Assembly (NCBI GenBank): GCA_963739365.1
Contig: CAVUAG010000006.1
Span: forward strand, 55,991 to 119,990
Source: an uncultured Chloroflexia bacterium
Lineage (GTDB): Bacteria; Chloroflexota; Limnocylindria; Limnocylindrales; CSP1-4
Direction of reading: 5' to 3'
DNA length: 64,000 bases
Part shown: positions 20,377 to 31,452 of the stretch, piece after piece
How the letters are laid out: the number at the start of each line of letters is the position of its first letter
Numbering within the stretch: the stretch's first letter is position 1
Program-made: the position numbers and the translations under genes
The notes under the pieces: generated by a model
What the model was told of the DNA's origin: nothing
The model's database searches: none
The model's input: the letters and a program-made list of their open reading frames with translations, nothing else

Positions 20377-21480
20377 CTACGCCGACGGCATGTCGACGGC
20401 GGCCGAGCCGCCGATCCGACGCTCCACTGCCGGCAGCGGCTTCCCGGATTCGGCCAGCCAGCAGGCGGACGCGCGGCCGCCGCCGAGGTCGATGAGCGGC
20501 GGCTCCTCCGTCCGGCAGCGCGCCATGATCCCGGCCTGCTCGGCCAGCGGGCAACGCGGGTGGAAGCGGCAGCCCGACGGGATGTGCGCCGCGTCGGGCG
20601 TCTCGCCGGCGAGGATGACCCTTCGGGCCCGCAGGCCCGGCTGCGGGGGCTCCGGGGTTGGCATCACGGACACGAGCGCGCGGGTGTACGGGTGGCGCGG
20701 GTCGCTGATCACCTCCTGCGAGGTGCCCAGCTCCATGATCTTGCCGAGGTACATCACCGCGATCCGGTCGGCGATGACCCAGGCCACCGAGAGGTCGTGG
20801 GTGATGAACAGGTAGGTCAGGTCTCGCTGGCCGCGCAGGTCGAGCATCAGGTTGAGGATCTCGGTCCGGATCGAGACGTCGAGCATGCTGACCGGCTCGT
20901 CGGCCACGACGATCGCGGGGTCGAGGACGAGCGCGCCCGCGATCACGACCCGCTGCCGCTGGCCGCCCGAGAGCTCGTGCGGGTAGCGGAAGGCGAAATC
21001 GGTCGCCGGCCGCAGGCCTGCCGTGTCGATGGCATCGAGCACGCGGGCCTCGCGCTCGGCGACCGTGCCCCCGAGGTTCTGGACCTCGAGAGGCTCGATG
21101 ACGAAGTCATGGATCGTCTGCTTCGGGTTGAGCGTCTCGTACGGGTCCTGGAAGATGAGCTGGACCCGGCGCCGGTAGCGGCGGAGCGCGTCGCCGCCCC
21201 ACGCATCGGTGACGTCCTCGCCGTCCAGGAGGACGCGCCCCCCGGTCGGCCGGGTGAGCTTCACGATGACTCTGCCGGTCGTCGTCTTGCCGCTCCCCGA
21301 CTCCCCGACCAGGCCCAGGACCTCTCCGCGCCGGATCGTCAGGTCGATGCCGTCCACCGCCCTGACGTAGCCGATCGGCCGGCGGCGCACGATGTCCGCG
21401 AGACCGCCCCTGATGGGAAAGTGAACCTGCAGGCCCTCCAGCCGGATGAGCTCCGTGCCGTCCTGCGGCGGGCCGGTCAT
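20377..21480 (-). CDS. Oligopeptide/dipeptide ABC transporter ATP-binding protein (OppF/DppF type)
   Basis: Intact, 367 aa. Walker [10 protein letters not shown], signature LSGGQRQRV, Walker B VVADEP, and the oligopeptide C-terminal block [11 protein letters not shown]...GCRFHPRCP. The start overlaps the upstream stop (ATGA, 21477-21480). Confidence 0.9.
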   Translation of the reverse strand: MTGPPQDGTELIRLEGLQVHFPIRGGLADIVRRRPIGYVRAVDGIDLTIRRGEVLGLVGESGSGKTTTGRVIVKLTRPTGGRVLLDGEDVTDAWGGDALRRYRRRVQLIFQDPYETLNPKQTIHDFVIEPLEVQNLGGTVAEREARVLDAIDTAGLRPATDFAFRYPHELSGGQRQRVVIAGALVLDPAIVVADEPVSMLDVSIRTEILNLMLDLRGQRDLTYLFITHDLSVAWVIADRIAVMYLGKIMELGTSQEVISDPRHPYTRALVSVMPTPEPPQPGLRARRVILAGETPDAAHIPSGCRFHPRCPLAEQAGIMARCRTEEPPLIDLGGGRASACWLAESGKPLPAVERRIGGSAAVDMPSA

Positions 21481-22722
21481 GTCGGCTCCCCGGTGGCAAC
21501 GGCGAGACTGGCCGCGGGCAAGGCGCGTGGCGTCCCGTCGCTGCCCGGCGGGTAGAGATGGCAGGCGACCCGGACGCGATCGTCGAAGCGAACCTCCGGC
21601 GGCACCTCCGTCCGGCAGATCTCCATCGCCACCGGGCAGCGCGGGTGGAAGCGGCAGCCCGGGGGCGGCGTCCGAAGGTCCGGTGGCGATCCCGGGATCG
21701 TCCCCAGGTCGCGCCGACCCGAGAGGACGTCCGGGAAGGCTCGCAGCAGCATCTGGGTGTACGGGTGGCGCGGCGATCCGTAGACCCGGCCGACCGGCCC
21801 CTCCTCGGCGACACGGCCCGCGTACATGATCATCACCCGGTCGCAGGTCTCGGCCAGGACCGAGAGGTCATGGGTGATGAGGATGAGCGACAGGCCGAGC
21901 TTCTCCCGGAGGTCCTCGAGGAGCTCCAGGATCTGGGCCTGGACCATCACGTCGAGGGCGGTCGTCGGCTCGTCGCCGATGATGATCGCCGGGTCGCAGG
22001 CGAGGGCCATCGCGATCATCGCCCGCTGGCGCATGCCGCCCGACAGCTCGTGCGGATACGCCTTCGCCCGCGCCCTCGGGATCCCGACCAGCTCCAGGAG
22101 CTCACCGGCTCGCTTCGCGGCGGCGGCCTTCGAGAGATCCAGGCGCTCGATCATCGGCTCGGCGATCTGGTCGCCCACGCGCTGGACCGGGTTGAGGGCG
22201 TTCATCGCCCCCTGGAAGATGATCGAGATCTCGCGCCAGCGGTACCGCTGGAGGGCCTTCTCCGATCGCGTCTGCAGGTCGATCCCGAACAGCCGCACGC
22301 TGCCGGCAACGACCTCGGCGTTGGACGGCAGGAGGCGGAGGAGCGAGAGCGCGGTGGTCGTCTTGCCGCAGCCGGACTCTCCCGCGATCCCCAGGGCCTC
22401 CCCGTCCTCGAGCGTGAAGCTGACGTCGTCGACCGCGTAGACCGTCTGCCCGCCGAGCCGGAAGTGGGTCGTGAGGCCCTCGACCACGAGGAGCGGGGCC
22501 TCGGGGTCGGCCTGCTTCGGCAGCGGCCACTGGCGGCGGCCCCGGATCGCTGCTCGGCCGACGACGGGCAGGGTCGGCAGGTCGGGCGTCTCCGGGTCGC
22601 GCCCGGGCGGCTCGGCCTCGTCGCCGGTGGCCGCAACCTGCCCGTGGACCGCCGGGGACGTCCTCGAGGCGTCCCTGCTCGCCGGCGCCGGCGAGGCGCG
22701 CGGGATCCGGCAGGATGCTCAT
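21477..22722 (-). CDS. Oligopeptide/dipeptide ABC transporter ATP-binding protein (OppD/DppD type), probable frame break in N-terminal extension
   Basis: Core in track ORF 21477..22487: GESGCGKTT, LSGGMRQRA, IIGDEP, PRHPYTQMLL...[12 protein letters not shown] 22722 overlaps the permease stop (ATGA) but is in a different frame from the core. The core frame is open but start-less between 22487 and 22720. I infer a frame break around 22640. The alternative is a GTG 22487 start with a 230-nt gap. Confidence 0.75.
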
Positions 22723-23669
22723 CGCCGCAGCCCCGCCTTCGGGTTGAGGACGTCGTCGAGGGCGTTGCCCACGAGCGTGAAGGCGAGGATCACCACGACC
22801 ACGCAGAACGCCGGTGGGGCGATGTACCACCACGCCCCGAGCCCCGGGGCGCCGGACTCCTGGGCGCGGTTCAGGATCTGCCCCCACGACGGCGAGAACG
22901 GGTCGCCGAGGCCGATGAACGCAAGCGTCGTCTCCGTGAAGATCGCCGCCGCGAAGGTCAGGACCGTGTTGGCGACGAGCAGGTTGACCACGTTCGGCAG
23001 GATGTGGCTCCGCATGATGTGGAGCCGTCCGCCGCCGATCACCCGGGCGCGATCGACGAACATCCGCTCCCGCACGGAGAGTGTCTGCGACCGGATGATC
23101 CGTGCCGTCGCGGCCCAGCTCGTGAGGCCGATCACCACGACGATCACGAACAGGGTGGCCCGGATCCCGAAGAACTCCGCATCGGTCCCCACGATGTCGA
23201 GGATGATCGGCGCCAGGACGATCGCAAGGACGAAGGTGGGCAGGACGAGGAAGAAGTCCGTCAGGCGCATCAGGAACTGGTCGGTCCGGCCGCCGGAGAA
23301 GCCGGACACGATCCCGATCACGGCACCGATCAGGACCGTCATGAGCGTCGCGAGGAGCCCGATGACCATCGAGATCCGCGCGCCGTGGACGGTGAGGTTC
23401 AGCATGTCCCGGCCCACCTCGTCGGTCCCGAGCAGGTGCTCGAGCGAGGGCGGCTCCAGCGGGGCACCGGTCGCGGTCGTGATCGTCTCCAGGGGTCCCA
23501 CGAAGAGGGCCGGGGCAATCGCGAGCACCGCGAAGACGAGCAGGATCGCCGCCCCGACGACGCCGTCGCGGCGCTTCGCGTAGCGGCGAGCGAACCGGCG
23601 GGCGTTTCGCAGCCGCAGCTGCCAGCGCGCCCGGCGCACGCCCGCAGAGGTCATCGGGGCCGTGCTCAC
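22719..23669 (-). CDS. ABC transporter permease (OppC/DppC type)
   Basis: Track ORF 22719..24149, with the start placed at GTG 23669 overlapping the upstream stop (GTGA). Text: LGTDEVGRDMLNLTVHGARISM, and the EAA-like loop RARVIGGGRLHIMRSHILPN. Confidence 0.85.
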   Translation of the reverse strand: MSTAPMTSAGVRRARWQLRLRNARRFARRYAKRRDGVVGAAILLVFAVLAIAPALFVGPLETITTATGAPLEPPSLEHLLGTDEVGRDMLNLTVHGARISMVIGLLATLMTVLIGAVIGIVSGFSGGRTDQFLMRLTDFFLVLPTFVLAIVLAPIILDIVGTDAEFFGIRATLFVIVVVIGLTSWAATARIIRSQTLSVRERMFVDRARVIGGGRLHIMRSHILPNVVNLLVANTVLTFAAAIFTETTLAFIGLGDPFSPSWGQILNRAQESGAPGLGAWWYIAPPAFCVVVVILAFTLVGNALDDVLNPKAGLRR

Positions 23670-24684
23670 CGGCGCACCCGCGGGTCGAGGTAGCCGTAGA
23701 CGATGTCGGCGGCGAAGTTGGCCAGCACCACCGAGACCCCGAGGAAGAGGAAGATCCCCTGCAGGACCGGGTAGTCGCGCGAGTCGAGGGCCTGGACCGT
23801 GAGGGTCCCCAGGCCGGGCCAGTTGAAGACGATCTCGGCCGTGATCGCCCCGCCGACGACGTAGCCCAGGTTGATCGCGATCAGGGTGACCGCGGGCAGG
23901 AGCGCGTTGGGGATGGCGTGCGAGCGCAGCACCTTCCGGTCCGAGAGGCCCTTGGCCCGCGCGGTCGTGATGTAGTCCTCGGCCCGCGTCTCCGTCACCG
24001 ACGACCGCATCAGGATCGAGTAGCCGCCGATGAGGCCGAGGCTGATCGTCGCGAGGGGCAGGACCAGGTGCGGGACGAGGTCGGCCAGGAAGTCGAGCGG
24101 GCCGCTGTACGTCGCTCCCGGCGTCAGCATCCCCGAGGTGGGGAACCACCCGAGGCCGGCGGCGAAGATGATGATCAGGGGCATGCCGATCACGAAGTAC
24201 GGCATCGAGTAGAGGATCAGGCTGAGCCCGTTGCCGATCCGGTCGGCCTTCCCGCCCCTTCGCCAGCCGGAGTAGGCGCCCAGGGCCAGGCCCACGACGA
24301 TGGCGATCGCCTCGGCGAGGCCGATCAGCAGGATCGTCGGCCAGAACCGGTCGCCGATCACCTCGATGACGGGCTGGCCCTGGAACTTCATCGAGTAGCC
24401 CAGGTCGCCGACGAGGGTTGCCGCGATGAAGGCGAAGAGCTGGTTGTCGGGCTCCACGCTGATCGCCGGCGGATCCAGGGCGATGAGGACGGGCAGGAGC
24501 GGCTTGTCGAGGCCCCAGCGCTCCTTCGCCGCCTGTCGCTGCTCGGCGGTGACGTTCGGGTTGCGCGGGTTCACCCGGTCCGGCGACCCGGCATCATCCG
24601 GAACAGGATGAAGTTGAGCAGCACGATCATGACGATCGTGAAGATCGCCTGGGCCGACTGCCGGGCGAGGTAGCGGGCACTCAC
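23666..24684 (-). CDS. ABC transporter permease (OppB/DppB type), apparent 1-nt deletion near 24595
   Basis: N-terminus VSARYLARQSAQAIFTIVMIVLLNFILFRMMPG starts at GTG 24684. It is one frame off from the body (SPDRVNPRNP...WGLDKP...GDLGYS...TARAKGLSDRKVLRSHAIPNALLP) in track ORF 23666..24691. Confidence 0.85.
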
Positions 24685-24804
24685 GGGGCACGCCCGGCGA
24701 CTGCCGGCCTGCGGCGGGGCGCGCGCACGCCGCGGGTGGGCGACGGGAGCGCGCGGAGGGCCGCTGGGCAGCCCTCCGCAGTCATGCTCACGGACGCCGG
24801 GCCG

Positions 24805-26742
24805 CTACTCCTCCTCTGCCTTGCCTCCGGCGCGGGCCGAGCGACGCCGGAAGATGAACATGAGCACGATCCCGACCACGACGATGATGGCGCCGATGAA
24901 CAGCGCATAGCTCATCGCGAGGCTGCCCGAGTCGTCCGATTCGCCGCCCTCGGGCGCCGGAGTGGGTGCTGCCGAGGCGCCGGGCTCCGCGGACGGCGCG
25001 GCGGTCGGCGACGGCTGGGCCGTGGCATCGGTCAGCATCGTGTACTGGAGCGTGCCGTACGTGAAGAGCGGCGTCCCGTTCGCCTTCGGCTGGTTCTGCC
25101 AGCCGGCGAACCGGTCGGTCCGGTAGGCGGCCAGGGGCGCGTCGTAGAACACGATGTCGTAGACGGCCTGGTCGTAGATGAGGTTCTGCATCTCGGCCAG
25201 GATCGTCTTGCGCTCCTCCGCGGTGGCCGCGTTGGTCTGCGCGTCGTACATCGCGTCGAACTCGGGGTTGCAGTACTGGCTGTCCGACGACGACCCGATC
25301 GCGTCGCAGCGGAAGATCTGCAGGAGCGCGTTCGGGTCCGGGTTGCCGGCCCAGCCCCAGAGCTCGATGTCGTAGTCGGCCTTGTACTCGGCGCAGTTGG
25401 GCTCATCGCACGCTTCCGGCGGGAGCACGATGTTCCCCAGCGTCGACGAGTCGTACACGTTGGTCGTCACCTTGACGCCCAGCAGGCCGTACCAGTCCTT
25501 GACGAACTGGGCCACCTTCGGATACGAGTCGTCCGTGTCGGGCATGTAGAGGCGCAGGCTGATCGGCTTGCCCTCCTTGTCCAGGCGGTCCCCGTTCGCG
25601 TCGAGCGTGTACCCCGCCGCCTCGAGCTTCTGCTTCGCCAGCTCGATGTCGAAGGTCCGCGGGGTGGTGGGCTCCACGTGCCACTGGCCGAGAACCGGCG
25701 GGACGATCGTCGTGCCGACGCCGCCAAAGCCGCCGAGGACACGCTCGACGAGCTCGTCCTTGTCGACCGCGTAGCCGAGCGCGTCGCGGAAGGCCGGGTC
25801 GAGGAGCGCCTTCGTCGACGGGCCGCCGCCCTCGATCGTCTTGCCGTCCGAGGCGCCGTAGCCGTTGAACGCCAGCTGGGTCCACCCGTTCGAGGTCCCG
25901 ACCACGGTCGTGATCCCGACGTCCGACTGGAGCGCCTTGAGCTGCTCGGGGAGGGGGTCGCGGGCATAGTCGATCTCGCCCGCCTTGAGCGCCTGCACCA
26001 TCGTGTCGGCGCTCTTGTAGAAGACGATGACGATCTCGTCGGCTGCGCCCTGCGTGCCCCAGTACTCGGGGTTGCGCACGAAGCGGGCGAACTGGCTGGT
26101 CTGCCACTCGGCGAGCGTGTACGGGCCGGTGCCGACGAGCGGCGCCTCGAACTTCGCGTCGGCGATCTTGACGTAGTCGTTGTCGCCCCAGATGTGCTTC
26201 GGGATGATCGGCAGGTAGGTCTGGAGGATCCGGTCGGAGGCGTCCTCCGTGTACGCGATCATCGTCGTGTCGTCGGGGCACTCGACCTTGGTGACGCCGG
26301 CGTCGGCGAGGCCGGGGTCGAGGTAGCCGGCACCGATGTACGACTCGTCGGCGATCGCGTCGACGGCAAGCTGCCACGAGAAGCAGGCGTCCTGGGCGGT
26401 GGCCGCAGTACCGTCCGACCACTTCAGCCCGTCGCGGAACTTGAAGGTCCAGGACTTGCCATCGGCGGCGCGCGCCCAGCTCTCCGCGAAGCCCGGCACG
26501 GGCTCGAGGTCGGGCCCGAAGTCGACGAGCAGGTTGTAGGTGAGCTGGAAGACCTCGTAGCCGACGACGAGCAGCGTCTGGTAGGGGTTCGTCGAGTCGA
26601 GATCCTGGACGGTGCCGACTCGCAGGACGAGTGGCTCCTCCGCCGCGCGCGCGGGCGCGGCGAGCGCGGGCAGGAGCAGCGCTCCCGCCAGGCCCAGGCC
26701 GACCAGCACGCGAACGAAGCGATGGCTGACGGGTGCGCGCAT
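24805..26742 (-). CDS. ABC transporter substrate-binding protein, family 5, with C-terminal transmembrane anchor
   Basis: Intact, 645 aa. Signal peptide MRAPVSHRFVRVLVGLGLAGALLLPALAAPARA. Family-5 SBP body. The C-terminus has a Pro/Ala/Ser linker and an acidic patch, then YALFIGAIIVVVGIVLMFIF followed by RRRSARAGGK. Confidence 0.85.
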   Translation of the reverse strand: MRAPVSHRFVRVLVGLGLAGALLLPALAAPARAAEEPLVLRVGTVQDLDSTNPYQTLLVVGYEVFQLTYNLLVDFGPDLEPVPGFAESWARAADGKSWTFKFRDGLKWSDGTAATAQDACFSWQLAVDAIADESYIGAGYLDPGLADAGVTKVECPDDTTMIAYTEDASDRILQTYLPIIPKHIWGDNDYVKIADAKFEAPLVGTGPYTLAEWQTSQFARFVRNPEYWGTQGAADEIVIVFYKSADTMVQALKAGEIDYARDPLPEQLKALQSDVGITTVVGTSNGWTQLAFNGYGASDGKTIEGGGPSTKALLDPAFRDALGYAVDKDELVERVLGGFGGVGTTIVPPVLGQWHVEPTTPRTFDIELAKQKLEAAGYTLDANGDRLDKEGKPISLRLYMPDTDDSYPKVAQFVKDWYGLLGVKVTTNVYDSSTLGNIVLPPEACDEPNCAEYKADYDIELWGWAGNPDPNALLQIFRCDAIGSSSDSQYCNPEFDAMYDAQTNAATAEERKTILAEMQNLIYDQAVYDIVFYDAPLAAYRTDRFAGWQNQPKANGTPLFTYGTLQYTMLTDATAQPSPTAAPSAEPGASAAPTPAPEGGESDDSGSLAMSYALFIGAIIVVVGIVLMFIFRRRSARAGGKAEEE

Positions 26743-26979
26743 CGGTGCTCCTCTCCTCGACGCCCCGGCTCCACGCCGAGGCGTGCCCGCAGGGCCGGTC
26801 CCCCCACCCGATGCCCGCCGCCACTCTAGGCACGGCCGAGGCGCAAGGTCAACTCGGGGGCGCGCGTAGTGGACCGTTGGCGGGGAGCGCGCGGCGGAGC
26901 GCGCGGCGGGGGGAGCGACCGGGGGAGCGGTGGCGTCCCGGCCCTCGCCACTGGCGAGGCGACCGGCGACGTCCCGGGG

Positions 26980-27717
26980 TCAGCGCAGGAGGGCTGCCTT
27001 CTCCGCGACCGCCACCGGGTCGACCGGGAGGACCACGACGAACGAGCCGTTGAGGGTGCTCCCGCCCCGGCGCGGGCCCCGCTGGAACAGCACGAAGTGG
27101 CGGCTGAGAGCGGCCGGCGTAAGCTCGGTGCCGGGTGGCATCGTCGCTCCGTGGCTGCCCACGGGGCGTGGCCACCACGGGTCGCTGACGACGAGCGACA
27201 CGACGCGGAAGCGGGTCTGGGCTGCCGGGTCGGCGGTGGCCCGAAAGCCGCTGACGACGAATGCGTGGGCGCCTCTCCAGACGAGGAGCCCGGCCGGGCG
27301 GCGGGTGACCCGGATCGCCTCGGCCACGGCATTCAGCGCCGCCGTCCGCGACCCGTAGGCACGGACCCGGTATGGGCCGCCGCCAAGGCGCTCCAGGGCA
27401 TACGCCCATCCGCGAGCCGAAGCGCCGCCCGACCGTCGAACATAGACCGGGTTGGACATCCGCTGGGCCGTGCGCTGGGCCGTGCGCTGCGTGGCCCGGG
27501 TCGTATCGGCGCCCTCGCGGACGATGTTGAGCATCGTCTGCACGCTGGCGCCCACGCAGGTGACGTCGGTGTGCTGCGTCACGAAGTCGCCCGGCTCGAG
27601 CAGGTCCAGCCGATACTCGCGGCCCGACGCCGCCGCGATGGGGGACGCCGATGGCACGGCCATCGCCGTGACAAGGGCGACGGCAGCGAGGATCCGGCGG
27701 ACGGAGCGGGGACGCAT
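26980..27717 (-). CDS. Secreted protein with papain/C39-like Cys-His arrangement (hypothetical)
   Basis: ATG 27717 within track ORF 26980..28884. Signal peptide MRPRSVRRILAAVALVTAMAVPSASPIAAA. Gln-x5-Cys (QHTDVTCVGASVQTMLN), later GAHAFVVSGF and VVSDPWW, giving a Q/C/H/D order. Internal TAQRTAQR comes from a 12-nt tandem repeat. Confidence 0.4.
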   Translation of the reverse strand: MRPRSVRRILAAVALVTAMAVPSASPIAAASGREYRLDLLEPGDFVTQHTDVTCVGASVQTMLNIVREGADTTRATQRTAQRTAQRMSNPVYVRRSGGASARGWAYALERLGGGPYRVRAYGSRTAALNAVAEAIRVTRRPAGLLVWRGAHAFVVSGFRATADPAAQTRFRVVSLVVSDPWWPRPVGSHGATMPPGTELTPAALSRHFVLFQRGPRRGGSTLNGSFVVVLPVDPVAVAEKAALLR

Positions 27718-27773
27718 GGCGGCATCATCGCCCCATCCGACGATTCCGTCACCCGCCGGCTCCAGGGGCGAGA

Positions 27774-28697
27774 TCAGCCCCGGTCGAGGTCCTCCAGGAC
27801 CGGTGCCAGGGCCTCGATCGACGCGAGCGTGATCGGGTCCAGCGACGAGCTGGACGTGGGCGATCCCCTCGGCGGCGAAGGCGCGCAGGGTCGCCGCGAT
27901 CTCCTCCGCGGACCCTTCCACGGGCGGCTCCGCGTCGGGCGCGTACCCACCCTGCAGGCGGCCGCGGCCGCCGGGCAGGCGAATCAGCACGGCCACCGTC
28001 CGCTCGATCGCGACCGGATCGCGACCGGCCGCCCGCGCCGCCGCGTCCACCTGGTCGCGCAGCGCGCCGACCCCGGCGGGCCGGTTCCCGAACGCATCGA
28101 ACCAGGCATTCCAGGAATCCACGTGCGGCGCGGTGATCTCCAGCATCCGCGGCCCGGTCGAGCCGATCATCAGGGGCGGGCCGCCCGGGCCGTGGCCGGG
28201 GCACGAGCTCGCAGTCGCGGGCGGTGAAGAACTCGCCGGCGAAGTCGATCGCGCCCTCACGCAGGAGGGTCCGGATGATCGTGAAGGCCTCCGCGAAGCG
28301 GCTGATCCGGTGGTCGAAGGGGAAGCCAAACGCGGCGAACTCCGTCTCGTTCCAGCCGGCGCCCAGGCCCAGGACCAGGCGTCCGCCGCTGATCTCGTCC
28401 ACGGTGGCGGCCTGCTTGGCCAGCATGGCCGGCGCGTGGAACGCGGTGGCCGCCACCAGCGGGCCCGAGCGTCACGCGCGACGTGACCGCAGCGAGGGCG
28501 GCCAGGAGCGTCCACGCCTCCCACGGGCCGCGGGCGCGATCGTCGCCGGGCCGGCGGTAGAGGAGGTGGTCGCCGGTCCAGACGGAGTCGAAGCCGAGCT
28601 CCTCGGCCCGCAGCGCCATCGCCCGCAGGTCCGGCCAGCGGGCCTCCCACTCGACCTCGGGGAGCTGGATACCGACCTTGAGCGGGCGACCGGGCAT
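27774..28697 (-). CDS. LLM-class flavin/F420-dependent oxidoreductase, three frame breaks
   Basis: The conserved text walks through all three frames and returns to the first. (1) MPGRPLKVGIQLPEVE...FDSVWTGDHLLY...AAVTSRVTLGP in track 28257..28697. (2) LVAATAFHAPAMLAKQAATVDEISGGRLVLGLGAGWNETEF...FFTARDCELVPRP in track 27749..28456. (3) GPPLMIGSTGPRMLEITAPHVDSWN...AATLRAFAAEGIAHVQLV in track 26980..28884. (4) LDPITLASIEALAPVLEDLDRG-stop at 27774-27776. Breaks are near 28460, 28220 and 27838. Confidence 0.75.
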
Positions 28698-29257
28698 CGT
28701 GGACCTCCTGGGCGGATCGTAGGGCGATCGACGCAGAGCCGCGGCGGTGTGGCTGCCGGGGCGCCGGGCACGTCAGCGGCCGCCGGCTGCGCGCGACCGA
28801 GCCGGAGCCGGGTTCCGCGGCAACTGTCGCTGGGGGCGGCACTAACGGCACACCGACATGGCCCGGCGCAGGCGGGCGGTCCAACCGCCGGCGGTCCGAG
28901 GGTCGAACAGCCCGAATCCTTCGTTATCGAACGCGCGCGGGGAGCGATTGACGAGGGAATCCCGTCCGCGATGACACGTTCTCACGGGGCTCGCGGATGC
29001 CTGCCGACCACGTCGGTCGTCGTTCGTCAGTGCTGCCGGGAGCGACACTGACGAGTGACAATGGAGGCGGCGCCGCGGCGGCGGGCGATCTGCCGGCGGG
29101 GGCGGCGGCGGCGCCCGGCCAAGACGGGCCGTTCGGCCGTTTCGTGGACCCGGATGGGCGGTCGCATCATCGGCCTCGCCGACGGCGGTCCCCGATGGCG
29201 GACGATCGCCCGCGGGATGAGCCGCCCGGCCGGGCCAGTCTGCAGCGGGGATCCGAT

Positions 29258-30271
<1,014 letters not shown>

Positions 30272-30274
30272 GCC

Positions 30275-31452
30275 GTGAGTGCCGCGCTCGTCATCGCCGT
30301 CAAGGACCTCCGCCAGAAGCTCCGCGACCGCTCCGTCCTGCTCATGGCGGTGCTGGCCCCGCTCGGGCTGGCGTTCCTGTTCTCCACGATGCTCCCCAAC
30401 CAGGAGACGTTCCACACCACGTACGCGGTCGTCAACCTCGACGGCGGGGAGATCGCCCAGGGGCTGGTCGACGGTCCGCTGGCCGGGCTCGCAGACGGCC
30501 GGCGTGGCCGACCTCACGACGCTCACGACCGAGGCCGACGCCCGGGCGGCCGTGGACGCGGGAGACGTCGCGGCGGCCATCGTCATCCCGGCCGGGTTCA
30601 CCGAGGCCGTCCGGACCGGCGCGCCCGCCCAGCTGCTGGTGATCGGCGGTCCTTCGAGCCTGTCGGCCGAGGTCGCCCGCAGCGTGCTCGCCGGGTTCGG
30701 CAGCCAGGTCACGGCCGTCCAGGTCGCGGTGGTCACGGCGCTGGCGGCGGCCGGGGAGGCGCCCGACCCGGCTCTCGCCGGCGAGCTCGCGGCGGCAGCC
30801 ATCGCGGCGCCGGCCCCGATCGTCCTGACCGCGGGTGAGACCGCCGACCGGACCGCGTCGTCGAAGACCTACTACGGCGCGTCGATGGCGGTCCTGTTCG
30901 TCTTCTTCGCCGCCCAGTTCGGGGTCCTCAGCCTGCTCGCGGAGCGCCGCAACGGCACGCTGGCCAGGATGCTCGCGGCCCCGATCGCCCCGGCCACCAT
31001 CCTGCTCGGCAAGGTCCTGGTGAGCATGGTCGTGGCGTCGCTCTCGATGACCGTGATCGTCCTGGCCACGACGTTCCTGATGGGCGCCGACTGGGGCGAC
31101 CCGCTGGCCGTCGCCGCCCTGGTCCTCGCGGTCGCGCTGGCGGCCAGCGGCATCGCCACCCTCATCGTCGGGTTCGCCCGAACCGAGGAGCAGGCGTCCA
31201 GCTTCATCGCCGTCGTGGCCCTGACCCTCGCGGTGTTCGGCGGCTCGTTCTTCCCGATGTCCCAGGCGCCGGAGGGGATGGCCGCGCTCAGCCTCGTCAC
31301 CCCCCACGCGTGGTTCATCCGCGGGATCAACGACCTCGCGGCCGGGGGCGGGATCGCCGTCGTCGGGCCGTCGCTGGCGGTGCTCGTCGCGATCGGCGTG
31401 CGTGACCGGGGGAATCGGCCTGCTGCGGGCGCGCCAGGTGGTGGCGCCGTGA
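30275..31452 (+). CDS. ABC-2 family transporter permease, two frame breaks
   Basis: GTG 30275 MSAALVIAVKDLRQKLRDRSVLLMAVLAPL... (track 30275..30838). It switches near 30497 to track 30279..32078 (ADLTTLTTEADARAAVDAGDVAAAIVIPAGF...ERRNGTLARMLAAPI...). The tail VTGGIGLLRARQVVAP-stop (31450-31452) needs another shift near 31401. The stop overlaps the next GTG. Confidence 0.75.

Noticed and set aside
28997-29257. Upstream start at 28997 for the ABC ATPase (track ORF of 424 aa).
   Set aside because: The extra 87 residues are R/G/A/P-rich with no homology-like text. ATG 29258 gives a normal-length ATPase with about 30 residues before the first beta-strand.
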